Source of the DNA: Diplonema japonicum | Lineage: Eukaryota > Protista > Euglenozoa: Diplonemea | NCBI GenBank assembly: GCA_964019335.1 | Contig: OZ025682.1 | Span: forward strand, 186,001-250,000 | Direction of reading: 5' to 3' | DNA: 64,000 nt | Shown: positions 51,800 through 62,864 of the stretch, piece by piece | Numbering within the stretch: the first letter of the stretch is position 1 | How the letters are laid out: the number at the start of each line of letters is the position of its first letter | Notes under the pieces: generated by a model | What the model saw: only the letters and a program-made list of their open reading frames with translations | What the model was told of the DNA's origin: nothing | Databases searched by the model: none | Program-made: the position numbers and the translations under genes

Positions 51800-52346
51800 G
51801 AACAGAATCAGACCGGGAGAATAGGAATAATAAAAAAAGAAAAACCAACACTACCAACGTCTTCTTGATCTTCTTTAAGAGTGCTTCAACTCTATTTGTG
51901 GTCAGAATGTCTTTGTGGTTAAGCCGAAAAACAAACCGGGTTTTCCTCCCCCACCCACCGTGCGTGGCTGCGTGCAAAGCAGCAGCAACAGAAACAACCA
52001 AAACGATGGGGTTCCGTGATGTGTTCGAAATGTTAAATGTCTCACCCCGTTAGGAAAAAAAAAACGAAGCCAACGTTTCCTTTCCTGTTTTTTTTTTTTT
52101 TTTTTGCGGTAACAATGTTTCTTTGCTCTTTCATCTCTACATTTTTTTTATGTGTGCTTTTCTTGCGGTAACAATGTTCTTTAATCCCCCCCCCCCCCCT
52201 TGTTCGTTTACTGTTTTCTGCGGCGACAACAAAGTGGTGACACCAGCAACCTCGTCTCCCCTGTCGCCCCCGCCCCTTTAAAAGAAAGTTCTATTTTTAA
52301 ACTGTTGGACACCCAGCGGAAGGCGTTATTAGGCAACACAAAAAAA

Positions 52347-53750
52347 ATGTCAGAGCAACCGAATAGTGTGATAAACCAGCTGCTGTTGAACCTGAAATGT
52401 TTAGGTTTTGACATGCAAGCCGTGGTCTTAGATAAGGTCCCAGCACGTGGTCTGCCACCGAGGTACTTGAATTTCAAACTGGACAGTGAAATGTTTGGAA
52501 CAGGGGGCAGCAATACTGCAGCGGTGGAGATTCTGCTGTTTTTCATATTTCAGAACATGCCTTGGGAAGGGGTTGCCAGCGTGCTGCCATGCACAGGGGG
52601 GATCTCACTCAACCAAATGGGACAGGTCCGCCGGAGGTACGCTGAGAACGCGTCTCACTTCTTTAACGAGATGCTCCTGTGCTTCCCATGCCTGGAAATC
52701 GACCAACTGAGCAGTTTTAAGAAGCAAGCCTCAAACTTATTGGATCTCTTGAAACATATACTCCCCCCTGATCTTGGCCACGCGAGGAGGGTTCTAACTG
52801 AATCGGGCCCTCGCATGGCATATGTCTGCTTCCGCCTCACCTCGTATATACTTCAACACCAAGCCACTGGAACGATAAACCCTGTGATGATAACAGGAGG
52901 CCCCGACACCACCGCTAGACGAAACGTTTTGAAGTCTATGCTTGTCAGGGAAACATTGAAATTTCAAGAGATCACGGAAGGGTACCTCCAGGCCGAGACC
53001 AAACTGCGCACAGCAGCGACGACCTTATCCTCCGACTACGAAGACGCGGCGTTAAGAATTTCCACATATAAAAAGAGATGCAGAAAGGCAGAACTGATAG
53101 GAAAGGCTTCGATGTCTCAAGACTCGTCCAAGCAACCGGATGTTGAGGTTAGTCTGGCAAAACGTAGATCTGTCATTGAGTCGATACGAGACATGCATAA
53201 GGAAAAGGATGGTCTTTTCGATGCCCTTGAAGGGAAGAAATGCTACGATCTGACCCAAGAATCGCTGCAAGGAACGTGGGAAGCAGCCGGCGGGACAGGG
53301 AAACTATTGGGTGAAAAGGGGCAGTGTCCCGATGTCAAAAGTATAGTGAAACGCTGGGCCGCACACTTGGAAGACTTACAACACACGCTAGCCAAACAAG
53401 ACTCTCGGAAGAAAGGCCACGGCCCACCTGTTATAGGTGCAGCCAACGACCTCAGCGAAGCCTGCACTGCGCAGATGAAACCCCTTGCCGCTCTGTTGGA
53501 GAAGGCCCGTACCCATAACGACACTATAACGACAACGCTGAGACCTCGTTTAAGCATCGAGTTGGCGTCCCTTCAGAAGCAGCTCGTGTCGAACCCCCTC
53601 AACTCTCTCATTAGCTTGGAGCACTCGCTCTCCACGTCGCCTTCCCCTTCCCCAGCTTCTTTGCTCCCCCAGCCTGTCCAGCAATCCGTCCAAAGGGATA
53701 CCAGTGGCAGCCCCGGGGCTTGGCTGGTCGCGTCTGGTGACGTCCATTAG
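52347..53750 (+). CDS. HAUS6: HAUS6/augmin subunit 6-like protein
   Basis: N-terminal pattern LLLNLKCLGFD...MF...N..AVEILLFFIF...CFPC..DQ...FKK...L...GPRM...LTSYIL resembles HAUS6_N; followed by coiled coil. Confidence 0.6.
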   Translation: MSEQPNSVINQLLLNLKCLGFDMQAVVLDKVPARGLPPRYLNFKLDSEMFGTGGSNTAAVEILLFFIFQNMPWEGVASVLPCTGGISLNQMGQVRRRYAENASHFFNEMLLCFPCLEIDQLSSFKKQASNLLDLLKHILPPDLGHARRVLTESGPRMAYVCFRLTSYILQHQATGTINPVMITGGPDTTARRNVLKSMLVRETLKFQEITEGYLQAETKLRTAATTLSSDYEDAALRISTYKKRCRKAELIGKASMSQDSSKQPDVEVSLAKRRSVIESIRDMHKEKDGLFDALEGKKCYDLTQESLQGTWEAAGGTGKLLGEKGQCPDVKSIVKRWAAHLEDLQHTLAKQDSRKKGHGPPVIGAANDLSEACTAQMKPLAALLEKARTHNDTITTTLRPRLSIELASLQKQLVSNPLNSLISLEHSLSTSPSPSPASLLPQPVQQSVQRDTSGSPGAWLVASGDVH

Positions 53751-53930
53751 ATTTCATCCCCCTCCCCCCCCACCCCCGTCTTCCCATAGAATTACTGTAT
53801 TTTATACTGTTCCAAAATCTTTTTTTTTTTGTTGCCTCCCCTCGTTGCTTTCATGGGATTTAGAATATCTTGAAGGGGGGAGAGGGAAAGAAAAGAACGG
53901 GAGAGGGGTTTTTTAAAAAAAAAAAAAACG

Positions 53931-56900
53931 ATGGACTACCGCAGCGTGAGCCCGACGCGGTTGGAGAGCGTGAGGCGGAGCCCGAGGAGGGAGCTGGGGG
54001 ACATGCGAAACATGTCCGTGAACATGTCGAATGAGGCAAGCAGGATGTTGATGGAGTTGGAGGCAAACAGGGCCGCGTCGGAGCAGGCGAGGAGGATACA
54101 GTCCCCGAGGGCTGGGATGGCTGCGACGCCCACCACGCCAAGCTACACTATGGCACGGACCGCGTCGCCAAAGGTGGGGACTTCAGCGAGCAACATCCAT
54201 GAAGCCGTTCTGAAAAATGAACTCGCAAAGCAGATCGAACGCACAGCCGACGTCGAAAAAGACCGCCTCAAGTCGGAGAACGACACACGCGTGAAGCTCG
54301 CCATCAAAGACGACCTCCTCACAAAGCTCAACGACGAGCTGCATGCCCTAGTCGAGAAAGACGCTGCTCGCGAGGAGGCCTTCATGAAGATGGACGTCGA
54401 TCTCCGTAACCTACGTGATGCCTACGCCACCACTACAGAGAAGCTCGCCCTCACCGAAGCTGAGCTGCACATCAAATCCACCCAATCCCGCGGAAGCGAC
54501 GAGGAGCTCCACGAAACCCGCATGTGTCTCACCAAAGCCAACCAGGAACTCGAAAGGCAACAAAAGGTCAAGGAAAAACTCGACGAGATGCTCTCCATCA
54601 GCCAACGATCCCTGTCCGAAGCGCAATCTCAGATCGCCGCCAAGGACGGCGTCATCAGAGAACTCGAGGACACTCTTCGTGACGTGGATTCAAAGAACAT
54701 CGAGATCATGAAGGCACTGGAGGACAAGTCAAGAACCGACGCCGTTCGCATGGAAGAGATGGCGAGGCGGAACGACCATCTGCAGCAGGTGGTTGAGGAT
54801 CTGCGGAAGGAGCTGTCGAGGCTCGCGCAGGAGAAGCAGTCGACGGACGAGGACTACGTGTCGCAGCTCGACAGGATGTCCTACTCGGAGAACACCATGA
54901 ACGAGAGGCTTGCCACATCGCAGAAGACCATCGACTGCATCGAGGCACAGCTAGCGGCTGTCAAGGCGGAACAACTTGCGGCTGCCCAGGATGCCGCTGT
55001 CCGTCAGCAGGAGTTGCAGGAGGAGATCGCCCGCTTGCGTCTACTCGCGGAGGAGAAGCAGGAAGAGGGCTCCATGCAAGGTGATGACAGGGCTAGGATC
55101 CGCATCCTTGAAGATAAACTGGACGACATGATCCTGCAGGACTCCACTTCACAAGATAAGTACCACAACCTGCAGGCGGAAGTGGAGAGGATCAGAGGTG
55201 ACGTTGACAAGTACCGCGACGCTCATAAGAGAGTCCTCCACCAGCTCGAACAGGAGCGTGTCGTTCACAGAAAGGCCCTTGATGACGCTGCTGCAAAAGT
55301 TCGCGAAGCGGAGCGCAAGGTGCAGGAGGCGGAAGACGGCCTCCACGCAGTGAAGGCGGATAAGCAACGCTTGCATGACGAGCTCACATCGCTCGACACC
55401 GACATGAAGATTCTGCAGAACCAGAAGGAGAACGAGAAGAAGCGTCTCGACGACATGCTCACCAGCTCGCAGGACAGGATGAACGCCACCAAAGCGACCA
55501 TCTCGGACTTCGAGAGGAAAGCGGACACGGCCATGGCAGAGGCGGAGAACTTACGCAACCAGAAGAACGACCTGGCCGACTCCAACGAGAGGAGTACCAC
55601 GATCATCACGAAACTCAAGCACCAGCTCGAGCAACTCAGGACCCAGTTCCAAACAGAGAAGAATTCCCTGCAGGACACACTCGACAAGAAGAACTCCGAC
55701 TACGAAGACGCACAGAACAGCAGGATGCGCTATGAGTCTCAGATCAACAGGCTGCAAGGAGAGGTGGATATGCTTAGGGGAGAGCTGCAGAAGAAGGAAG
55801 ACGCACGACTGAGACTAGCCGAGCAACTTGAGAAGGAGCGTGATGCAGCACGACTGAGTTCAGACAACGCTCTGAAGCAGAGCAGAGAGACAAACGTCAA
55901 GCTACAGGACGAGATCGACGCGCTGCACAGAGCACTTAACGAGACCAAGAGGACCATCCGTGACATGCAGGAGCAGCTCGCCGACCTGAAGTCTGAGAAG
56001 GACAGGATGTCGGCTTCGTACGAAGACGAAATGGAGCAGCTCAGGCAGGCCAATGCTGAAAAGGTGTCAGAGCTGAAGAGGCAGCTGCAGAGGGCTGAGG
56101 CCAAAGTACAGGCTGTTGAGTTGGCGCACCAGAGGTCCCAAGACCAGCTGAAGGATGCAGAAGACGAACTGGACAGAGAGAGACAGAGGTACAGGCAGCT
56201 GCAGGACCAGATCGATGACGAGAGAAATAATAACAGAAAAACAGCGTCCGATAGGGTGACAGAACTAAGACAGCAAATCCAAGAGCTGCAGGACCAAGTG
56301 AGCGGGAAGGACATGGATCTTGTGGAGGCACTGCGCAGAGCTGACCAGCTGCAGCTGGACCTTGAGCGTGCTGAGAAGGCTTTGAGGAACAAGCAGGCAG
56401 ACATGGACAACATGGATGCGCAACACAAAAGGGACCGCGACAACTGGGCATCGCAACTGGCGAGCATCGAGCAGGCGATGCAGAGGGCGCAGCAGGAGAT
56501 CAACGACTTGAAGATGCAGTTGGACGACGCGTTGCGCGACGTCGAAAAGCAGAAGTCGCTGCTGCGGAGCGCGCTGAACGATGCGGAGCAGTCTGACCTC
56601 GAGAAGCAGAGGAGGCTGCAACAGACGAAGGAGAGGCTCAACGCGTCTGAGGAGACTGTGTCGCAGCTGCAGCTACAGATCCTGCAGTTGAAGGGGCAGC
56701 TGGAGGACGGGCAGATCGAGGTAACAGATGCTTTGAAGCAGGTGCAGATGAAAGATGCAGAATTGAAACGCGCGGAGGAAAGGTTGAAGAAGTACCAGAA
56801 CGCAGGGGATCAAATCGCAGAGCTGCAGGATGCGAACACGTTGCTGGAGGACGAGGTGAAGAGGCTGAAGAGAGAAGTCGAGTCGCTGAGGCAGGAGCTC

Positions 56901-57947
56901 GGCGAGATGCAGAAGAGGTTGGAGAACGCAAAGGACCGTCACGCGGAGGACGCGGCAACCATCGAAGATCTGAGGAGGCAGAACGGGGAGATGCAAGAAA
57001 AGGGCACGGCACTGAGGGAGTCCCACGACGGGGAGATGCGCAAGAAGAACCAAGAGTTGTTCGCCGTCCAGCAAGAGCTCACGGACGCCCTAAACAAGCT
57101 GTCAAGCTTGGGGAGGAAGGCTCTTGAAGCCGAAGAAACCGCTGAGTGGAAAAACAAAGCAGAGTGCCTGCAAAAAGAGCTGGAAGGCGTCAGAGCACCC
57201 TTAACGGCAAAGATCGTAGAACTGCAGTCGGAACTCGAGAAGATGGCCCAGGACCAGCCCGACATGGACGAGATGGAGAGCCTCAGGAAAGAGCTCAGAG
57301 AGATGAGGGAAAAGCTCAGATCGCTGTTGGAACAGAAGACAGCAGACAAGCTGAGAATCAGCGAATTGGAGGCAAGAATTGCGGACCTCGAAGCGCTCAA
57401 CAAGGAACTAGAAGAGAAGGGCAAAGACCTGGAAGACCGAGGCAAAGAACTGTCCTTCTTGTTGGGGACAAGGGCGCAGCTTGTAGCACAGATTATGAGC
57501 TTGCGGGAAGCGTATGTGTCCTCTCCCTATTTATTCCCCCCCACAGGATAAAGAACTCCCGCCAGGAGCTGATGAAGGTAACCCGTGAGAGAGGGTTCAA
57601 GAAGGCGTCATCTGCAGTGAGCTTGGGGGGCTCCAGCAACGTGAAGATTGAGAAGCCCATGATTGAAGGGGTGCAAACCACGATCAAGAAGATCGACATC
57701 AGCAAAAAAATTGTGGAAGACATAGTAGGAAAATACTTCACCGGTTACGAGAAGCTCCAGCACGGATCCTCCTCAGGGCACTACAATGTGTCGCACGACC
57801 CAAACGCCGGCATCTTTGACGCTGAAAGCGGTGATATTGTCAAACTGGCTGAACAGGGTAGCCCATCGAGCACGCCCTCCAAGTCCGTCTTTGCTGGTCG
57901 TGTGCCTGCCGATAGTAGTCAGGTTTTTATGTATGTTTTTCTTTGGG

Positions 57948-57991
<44 letters not shown>

Positions 57992-58124
57992 TGACGTCCT
58001 CCCACTCCGTCGACCCCAGCAACAGCAGCCCTGCCACGAGCCCCAAAAACTCCCCTCGTCTTTTGCAGCAAAGACCCGCTCAGTTGAAAGGTATAGTGAA
58101 ATATTTTGACCTTTAGAAGAAGGG

Positions 58125-58169
<45 letters not shown>

Positions 58170-58252
58170 CCACTGGTAAAAAAAGCCGCGCACCTGGCTC
58201 CGGCGGTTCTGTAACTCCTACATCCACTACAAAGGGAAGCTTTAGAAAATAG
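53931..58252 (+). CDS. Long coiled-coil protein; exons 53931-57511, 57547-57930, 57990-58090, 58170-58252 (about 1382 aa; last intron less certain)
   Basis: Heptad-rich E/K/Q/L ORF. A 35-nt GTATGT...CACAG intron joins it to the 57146-frame ORF, and two further GT...A(n)G introns keep the frame open to ...TTKGSFRK*. Confidence 0.8.
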
Positions 58253-58860
58253 TACTATAAAAAGATTTTTTTTTGAAATAAGGGGGATCGTCTCCCTCCC
58301 ATACTGTAGATCTTTTTGTTTTTTTTTTTTTGTTTCTACGTCCTCTCTACTGTTGTTAAGATCACCCCCCCCAAAAAAAAGAAAGAAAACTGCACATTTT
58401 CTTTCCATTCCAGCTCGTGTTTCATCGAAAGTTCTTTTGTTTCTTTCTTTCCCCTCCCTTTTTTTTCTCACAGCCGAAACCCTTTTTTTGTTTTCTCTCT
58501 TTATATTGTCTTTTTTATTTTTGTCTAAGAATATAAAATAAAAGGAGAGAACGTAGCGGGGAAAGGGCTGGGAGAAAAATATTAAAAAAAAAGGTCATTT
58601 TCCTCCTAAGGTTATTTTCTTTTTCTTTTCTCTTTTGTATACACCAAAAAAAAAAAACTCTAGAATCCACAACCATGTATTTTTTTTAATCCCCCTTTTT
58701 TTTTCTTGAAAAGAATTTTTTTGTTAAAACTCTAACAATTTTTATCTAACCCCCCCCCCCCCCCCCCCCCACGCACTCCTCTTTGTATTTTTCTCCCTCC
58801 CCATAACTTCAAGCTCTCTATATTCCTTTTACAGAACAAAAAAAAAAAACGGGAAAAGAA

Positions 58861-59358
58861 ATGTCGACTAAGCAGCAGAAGGATGCAGCAGACTGCAAAA
58901 ATGTCACCAAACGGCTGAGAAAGGAATTAATGACACTGATGGGGGCAAAGATGCAAGGGGTGACTGCGTTCCCCATGGGCGATGATCTCTTTGGGTGGAT
59001 GGGGACTGTGAAGGGGACAAAAGGCACCCCCTATGACGAGATGGAATTTAAGCTGAGCTTGAGATTCACCAACCAGTACCCCTTCGAGCCCCCTCAGGTA
59101 AAGTTCATCACCAGCTGCTTCCACCCCAACGTGGACCAATTCGGGAACATATGCCTAGACATCCTCAAGGACCAGTGGTCCTCCGCGTACGGTGTCACCC
59201 AAATCCTTCTCTCTATCCAAGCCCTCCTTGCCGAGCCTAACAACGAGTCCCCTCTCAACAACTACGCAGCCTCTATATGGAGCAACCAAGAGGAATACAT
59301 GAGAGTGCTAAAGCTGAAGCACAGCGACTCGAAGGCCCAAGTGGAGGCCGAGTGCTGA
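58861..59358 (+). CDS. UBE2C: Ubiquitin-conjugating enzyme E2, UBE2C/UbcH10-like
   Basis: VTKRLRKELMTLM, AFP..DDLF.W.GT, YPFEPP, FHPNVDQFGNICLDILKDQWS, EPNNESPLN. Confidence 0.9.
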   Translation: MSTKQQKDAADCKNVTKRLRKELMTLMGAKMQGVTAFPMGDDLFGWMGTVKGTKGTPYDEMEFKLSLRFTNQYPFEPPQVKFITSCFHPNVDQFGNICLDILKDQWSSAYGVTQILLSIQALLAEPNNESPLNNYAASIWSNQEEYMRVLKLKHSDSKAQVEAEC

Positions 59359-59598
59359 AAGGAAAAAAAAAATTTTTTTTAGATTTGTTTTATTTCTCCC
59401 CCACCCTTTTTTTTTTATATTTCTGTTGTTAAAAAAAATTCTTTTTCCCCCCCCCTTCTTTTTTTTTCACCATTGTACAAGATTCCCCCCCCTTCTCCCC
59501 ACCCTTCTTTTTTGTTCATGTTTCCACTCACATTTTTTTTTGTGTTTCAAGTGTTAATAGCAATTTCTTTTCTCAGGAGAGGCACCCAGTCCCCTCAA

Positions 59599-62500
59599 AT
59601 GGCATGGCGGCGCGAGGAAACGGAGTGGAAAGCCAGCGCAGACCCTGTGGAGAAGCTGTCGGGTCGGGAAGGGACATTTAAAGGGAAGATGTGGAGGGAG
59701 AGGGGACGGGAGAAATCGCAGTCGCCGGAGGTGGTGGTGCGGGAGGATGCTACAATGGGGTACAGAATTATAGGGCAAGGGGACGAGAGCAGTGCAAGCC
59801 ACGGGCTGACACCCTCACCAGGGCAGTCCTCCGGGCATCCTCATGAAAGGCCTCACGAGAGGTTAAGTGTGTCTCTCCCATCAGGAATCTATCCTGAGTC
59901 AAGAAGCGCCTCTCGAAGTGGTGGAAGTGCCACCACTGCCGCCACAACCACTACTACCACTTCCACATCATCAGCCCCAGCAGGGAACTTCCGCACCCAG
60001 ATCACCATCAAGGGCGAACGCCTCGTTGTTGGCGTTGATCCGCGCGAGCCAAGCACACAGACCACCTCCAACAGCAAGGCCAACAAGGTGGACCTTCTCG
60101 AAAGGGTTGCCAAGCTTGAGTCCCTCGCCTCCGGCATGGTGGAAGGGGAACGCGAGGCAGGGTTGAAGGAGCTCCAGGAGATCAAGAACCTTTTGTTGGA
60201 ACGGGAGAGGAAGGAGAAGCTCCCGCAGTGCCCTGCCGCACAACACCACTGCCATCCCCCGCACCCGCACCCGCACGGCCTTTCTAAGGGCCCTACCAAT
60301 GTGAGCTTGGACACTGAGCTGACGGTGGTGAACGCGCTGCGCAACTGTTTAAAGAAAGGCGACAACATCATAACGGTGAAGCAACCGGAGCACCAGCAAC
60401 TGCAGCAACAGCACCCGCATGCAGCGACGAGGTCTGCCTCGCCCCACGTAGAGGCAGGGGGCACAAACGACGTACTCGTGCAGTCGCAGGGGGTGAAGAT
60501 CAAGTCGCTTGTAGCCGAAAATGCGCAACTCCTTGAGACGCTTCAAACGGTGCAGACGTTGCAGAAGAACGACAAGATGGCCGGTAATTCCTTGTTCGCG
60601 ACCCTTCAGAGACAGACTGAGGACATTCAAATGCAAGCTATGCAGTACAAAGAGGAAAGGGACGCAGCGAAGGCAGAAGCGAAGACGCTGCTGACTGAGC
60701 GGGAGAGGCGTGACGACGAGGTCAAGGTCGTGCTGAGCGAGCACGAAGCTGTGAGCAGGCAGGTGAGAAGGGTGGAGTCCGAGAACGAGAGTTTAAGAGG
60801 GCATTTGAAGGTTGTTATGAATGAAGCGGAGAAGCACACCCAGCAATCGAAGGACTTCAGGGTCCTGCAGCAACGGACCGCGGAACTGGAGAGGGCGCTG
60901 TCGCAACCCTCGACGGAGGTAGCGAAAGAGATTTCGATGTTGAAGCGAGAACACGAGTTGGAGGTTAAAACATTGCGTTCTGAGCTTCGCACACTGCAAG
61001 AACAGGCTGAGACAGCGTTGGGGTTGGAGGCGGACGCAGCTGCACAACAGGTAAAAAAACAGCAAGTTGAGATCACAGAGCTACGCGCTTCGCTCGCAGC
61101 GACCCACACCGCGGTCCCTGAGAGGGACGAACTGCGCAAGAAAATAGAAGAAATGAACATCGAGCTCGGAAGCAGCCGAGGGAAGCTCGTCCTCCACGAG
61201 AAGCTCTTGGAAGAGGTTGCAACCCTCCGTAAGAGCTCTTCAAGGATCGCTGAGCTGGAGGCAACCGTGGCATCCACGTCACAAGCGCTTATAGACCGTG
61301 ACAGGCTGACGAAGAACCTGGAAGAGGCTGCTTCTGACATCCGATCTCTGAACACGAAAGTATCAGAATTGACCCTCGTGGCCTCTGAAGCCGAGGCTTT
61401 ATATAGTGAAGTTGACCGTCTGAAGGGTATTGAAGCATCTGAGGCCAGCTTAAAGGCAAAGCTTGAGAAGTTCGGCGATGTGCAGTCTGAGAATGAAGTC
61501 CTTTCTGACCATTTGGAAGTGTTGCAGAAGGAGGCTGCTCAAGTCAAGCCTCTAGCGATTGAGAACAGCAGTCTGAAGGCACAAGTCGCACGCATGCAGA
61601 CTACCATCGAGAACGACAACGCTCTGATTTCTGAACAGTCGGAAAACCTTCGTAAGCTACAATCCACCGAGGCTGCTCTCGCCACCGCACGTGAGAATCT
61701 CAACCAGAACGCTGCTTTAATCGAGTCGCTGCAGTCAGGCGTGCGAGAGGGCAAGAATCTGAAGAACCAAGTCGATTTTTTGCAGGCGGAGGCGAACCAG
61801 GCTGCGGGGGAGCAAGCCAAACTAAGGAAATCCCTGGAAAGGTACATCGTTCAGTGCGAAGACTTGAAGAGGGACCGAGACGACACGAAGAGCCTTCAGG
61901 AAGAGGTCAAAACAATGACTGCAGAGCTAAGGGTTATGAGGGAAGATAACCACCAACAACAACAGCAATTGCAGCAACAGCAAAGCCAACAACAACAACA
62001 ACAGCAGCAGCAGCAGCAGCAGTCTAGAGACGAAAGCTGTCCTCGCTGTGTGTGCTTGCTTCAGTTGTTGGATGAGCGTGCTGAGCAGCTGGAAGAATTG
62101 AAGTCGAGAGTAACTCAAAGACCTCCGTCGCCCACACCGCTGGACCTCAGCGCTGGAATATCTGAGCAACAAGAACCTCCCCGTCAGCAACAGCAACGGT
62201 CACAACATCAACAGGACCTTTATTCCAGTCAGCAGCAACAACAACAACAACAGCTACAACAACAACCCCCAGTACCGCACTGGATGGAATGGGCAAATAA
62301 GCAAACTAGCCATTCAGCTGCATACCAACGGGAGAAACAGTTAACAGGGTTTTCAGGGTCTTTCTCCGGGTCATGCCACTCATCTGCTCACACTCAGGAG
62401 GGAGGTGCTGTCCCTTACCAGAATATCAATACCAGTGGGGATGGCGATCTTCAACAGACACAACACCAGAACCAGAACCAGAACCAGCACTGTATGCAGC

Positions 62501-62649
62501 ACCCTGACAGGGTAACATATCGCACCCAGTTAACACGGTCGCAGGACCAGCTCTCTCAAAAACCCATTCCACTCCAGCAACAGACCAGCAACGGTTTGCA
62601 TAGAAAGCGTTCAAACCACACCCAGCACAAATACGTTTACGTGAGTTAA
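59599..62649 (+). CDS. Coiled-coil protein with a low-complexity N-terminus and poly-Q tail
   Basis: Long ORF with a heptad-rich centre. First ATG (59599) lies just after a pyrimidine tract ending in AG. Confidence 0.8.
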   Translation: MAWRREETEWKASADPVEKLSGREGTFKGKMWRERGREKSQSPEVVVREDATMGYRIIGQGDESSASHGLTPSPGQSSGHPHERPHERLSVSLPSGIYPESRSASRSGGSATTAATTTTTTSTSSAPAGNFRTQITIKGERLVVGVDPREPSTQTTSNSKANKVDLLERVAKLESLASGMVEGEREAGLKELQEIKNLLLERERKEKLPQCPAAQHHCHPPHPHPHGLSKGPTNVSLDTELTVVNALRNCLKKGDNIITVKQPEHQQLQQQHPHAATRSASPHVEAGGTNDVLVQSQGVKIKSLVAENAQLLETLQTVQTLQKNDKMAGNSLFATLQRQTEDIQMQAMQYKEERDAAKAEAKTLLTERERRDDEVKVVLSEHEAVSRQVRRVESENESLRGHLKVVMNEAEKHTQQSKDFRVLQQRTAELERALSQPSTEVAKEISMLKREHELEVKTLRSELRTLQEQAETALGLEADAAAQQVKKQQVEITELRASLAATHTAVPERDELRKKIEEMNIELGSSRGKLVLHEKLLEEVATLRKSSSRIAELEATVASTSQALIDRDRLTKNLEEAASDIRSLNTKVSELTLVASEAEALYSEVDRLKGIEASEASLKAKLEKFGDVQSENEVLSDHLEVLQKEAAQVKPLAIENSSLKAQVARMQTTIENDNALISEQSENLRKLQSTEAALATARENLNQNAALIESLQSGVREGKNLKNQVDFLQAEANQAAGEQAKLRKSLERYIVQCEDLKRDRDDTKSLQEEVKTMTAELRVMREDNHQQQQQLQQQQSQQQQQQQQQQQQSRDESCPRCVCLLQLLDERAEQLEELKSRVTQRPPSPTPLDLSAGISEQQEPPRQQQQRSQHQQDLYSSQQQQQQQQLQQQPPVPHWMEWANKQTSHSAAYQREKQLTGFSGSFSGSCHSSAHTQEGGAVPYQNINTSGDGDLQQTQHQNQNQNQHCMQHPDRVTYRTQLTRSQDQLSQKPIPLQQQTSNGLHRKRSNHTQHKYVYVS

Positions 62650-62824
62650 AGATTTTTTTTAATAGAGTTCAATTGCCTCGCTTCTTCTTTTTTTTTTTTT
62701 GTAGATTCCCGTCCTCTTAGATTTCTAGAAATAACCCCCTCCTGCATTAGGCATTTTTATATTGTTTTGCTGTTTCCCCGGGTGCGTTTTTGTACACTTA
62801 CCAGAGAAAAAAAAATAGGTTACT

Positions 62825-62861
<37 letters not shown>

Positions 62862-62864
<3 letters not shown>

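Noticed and set aside
57146-57994. Separate overlapping ORF or programmed frameshift at the end of the coiled-coil gene
   Set aside because: It is explained by the 35-nt GTATGT...CACAG intron at 57512-57546.
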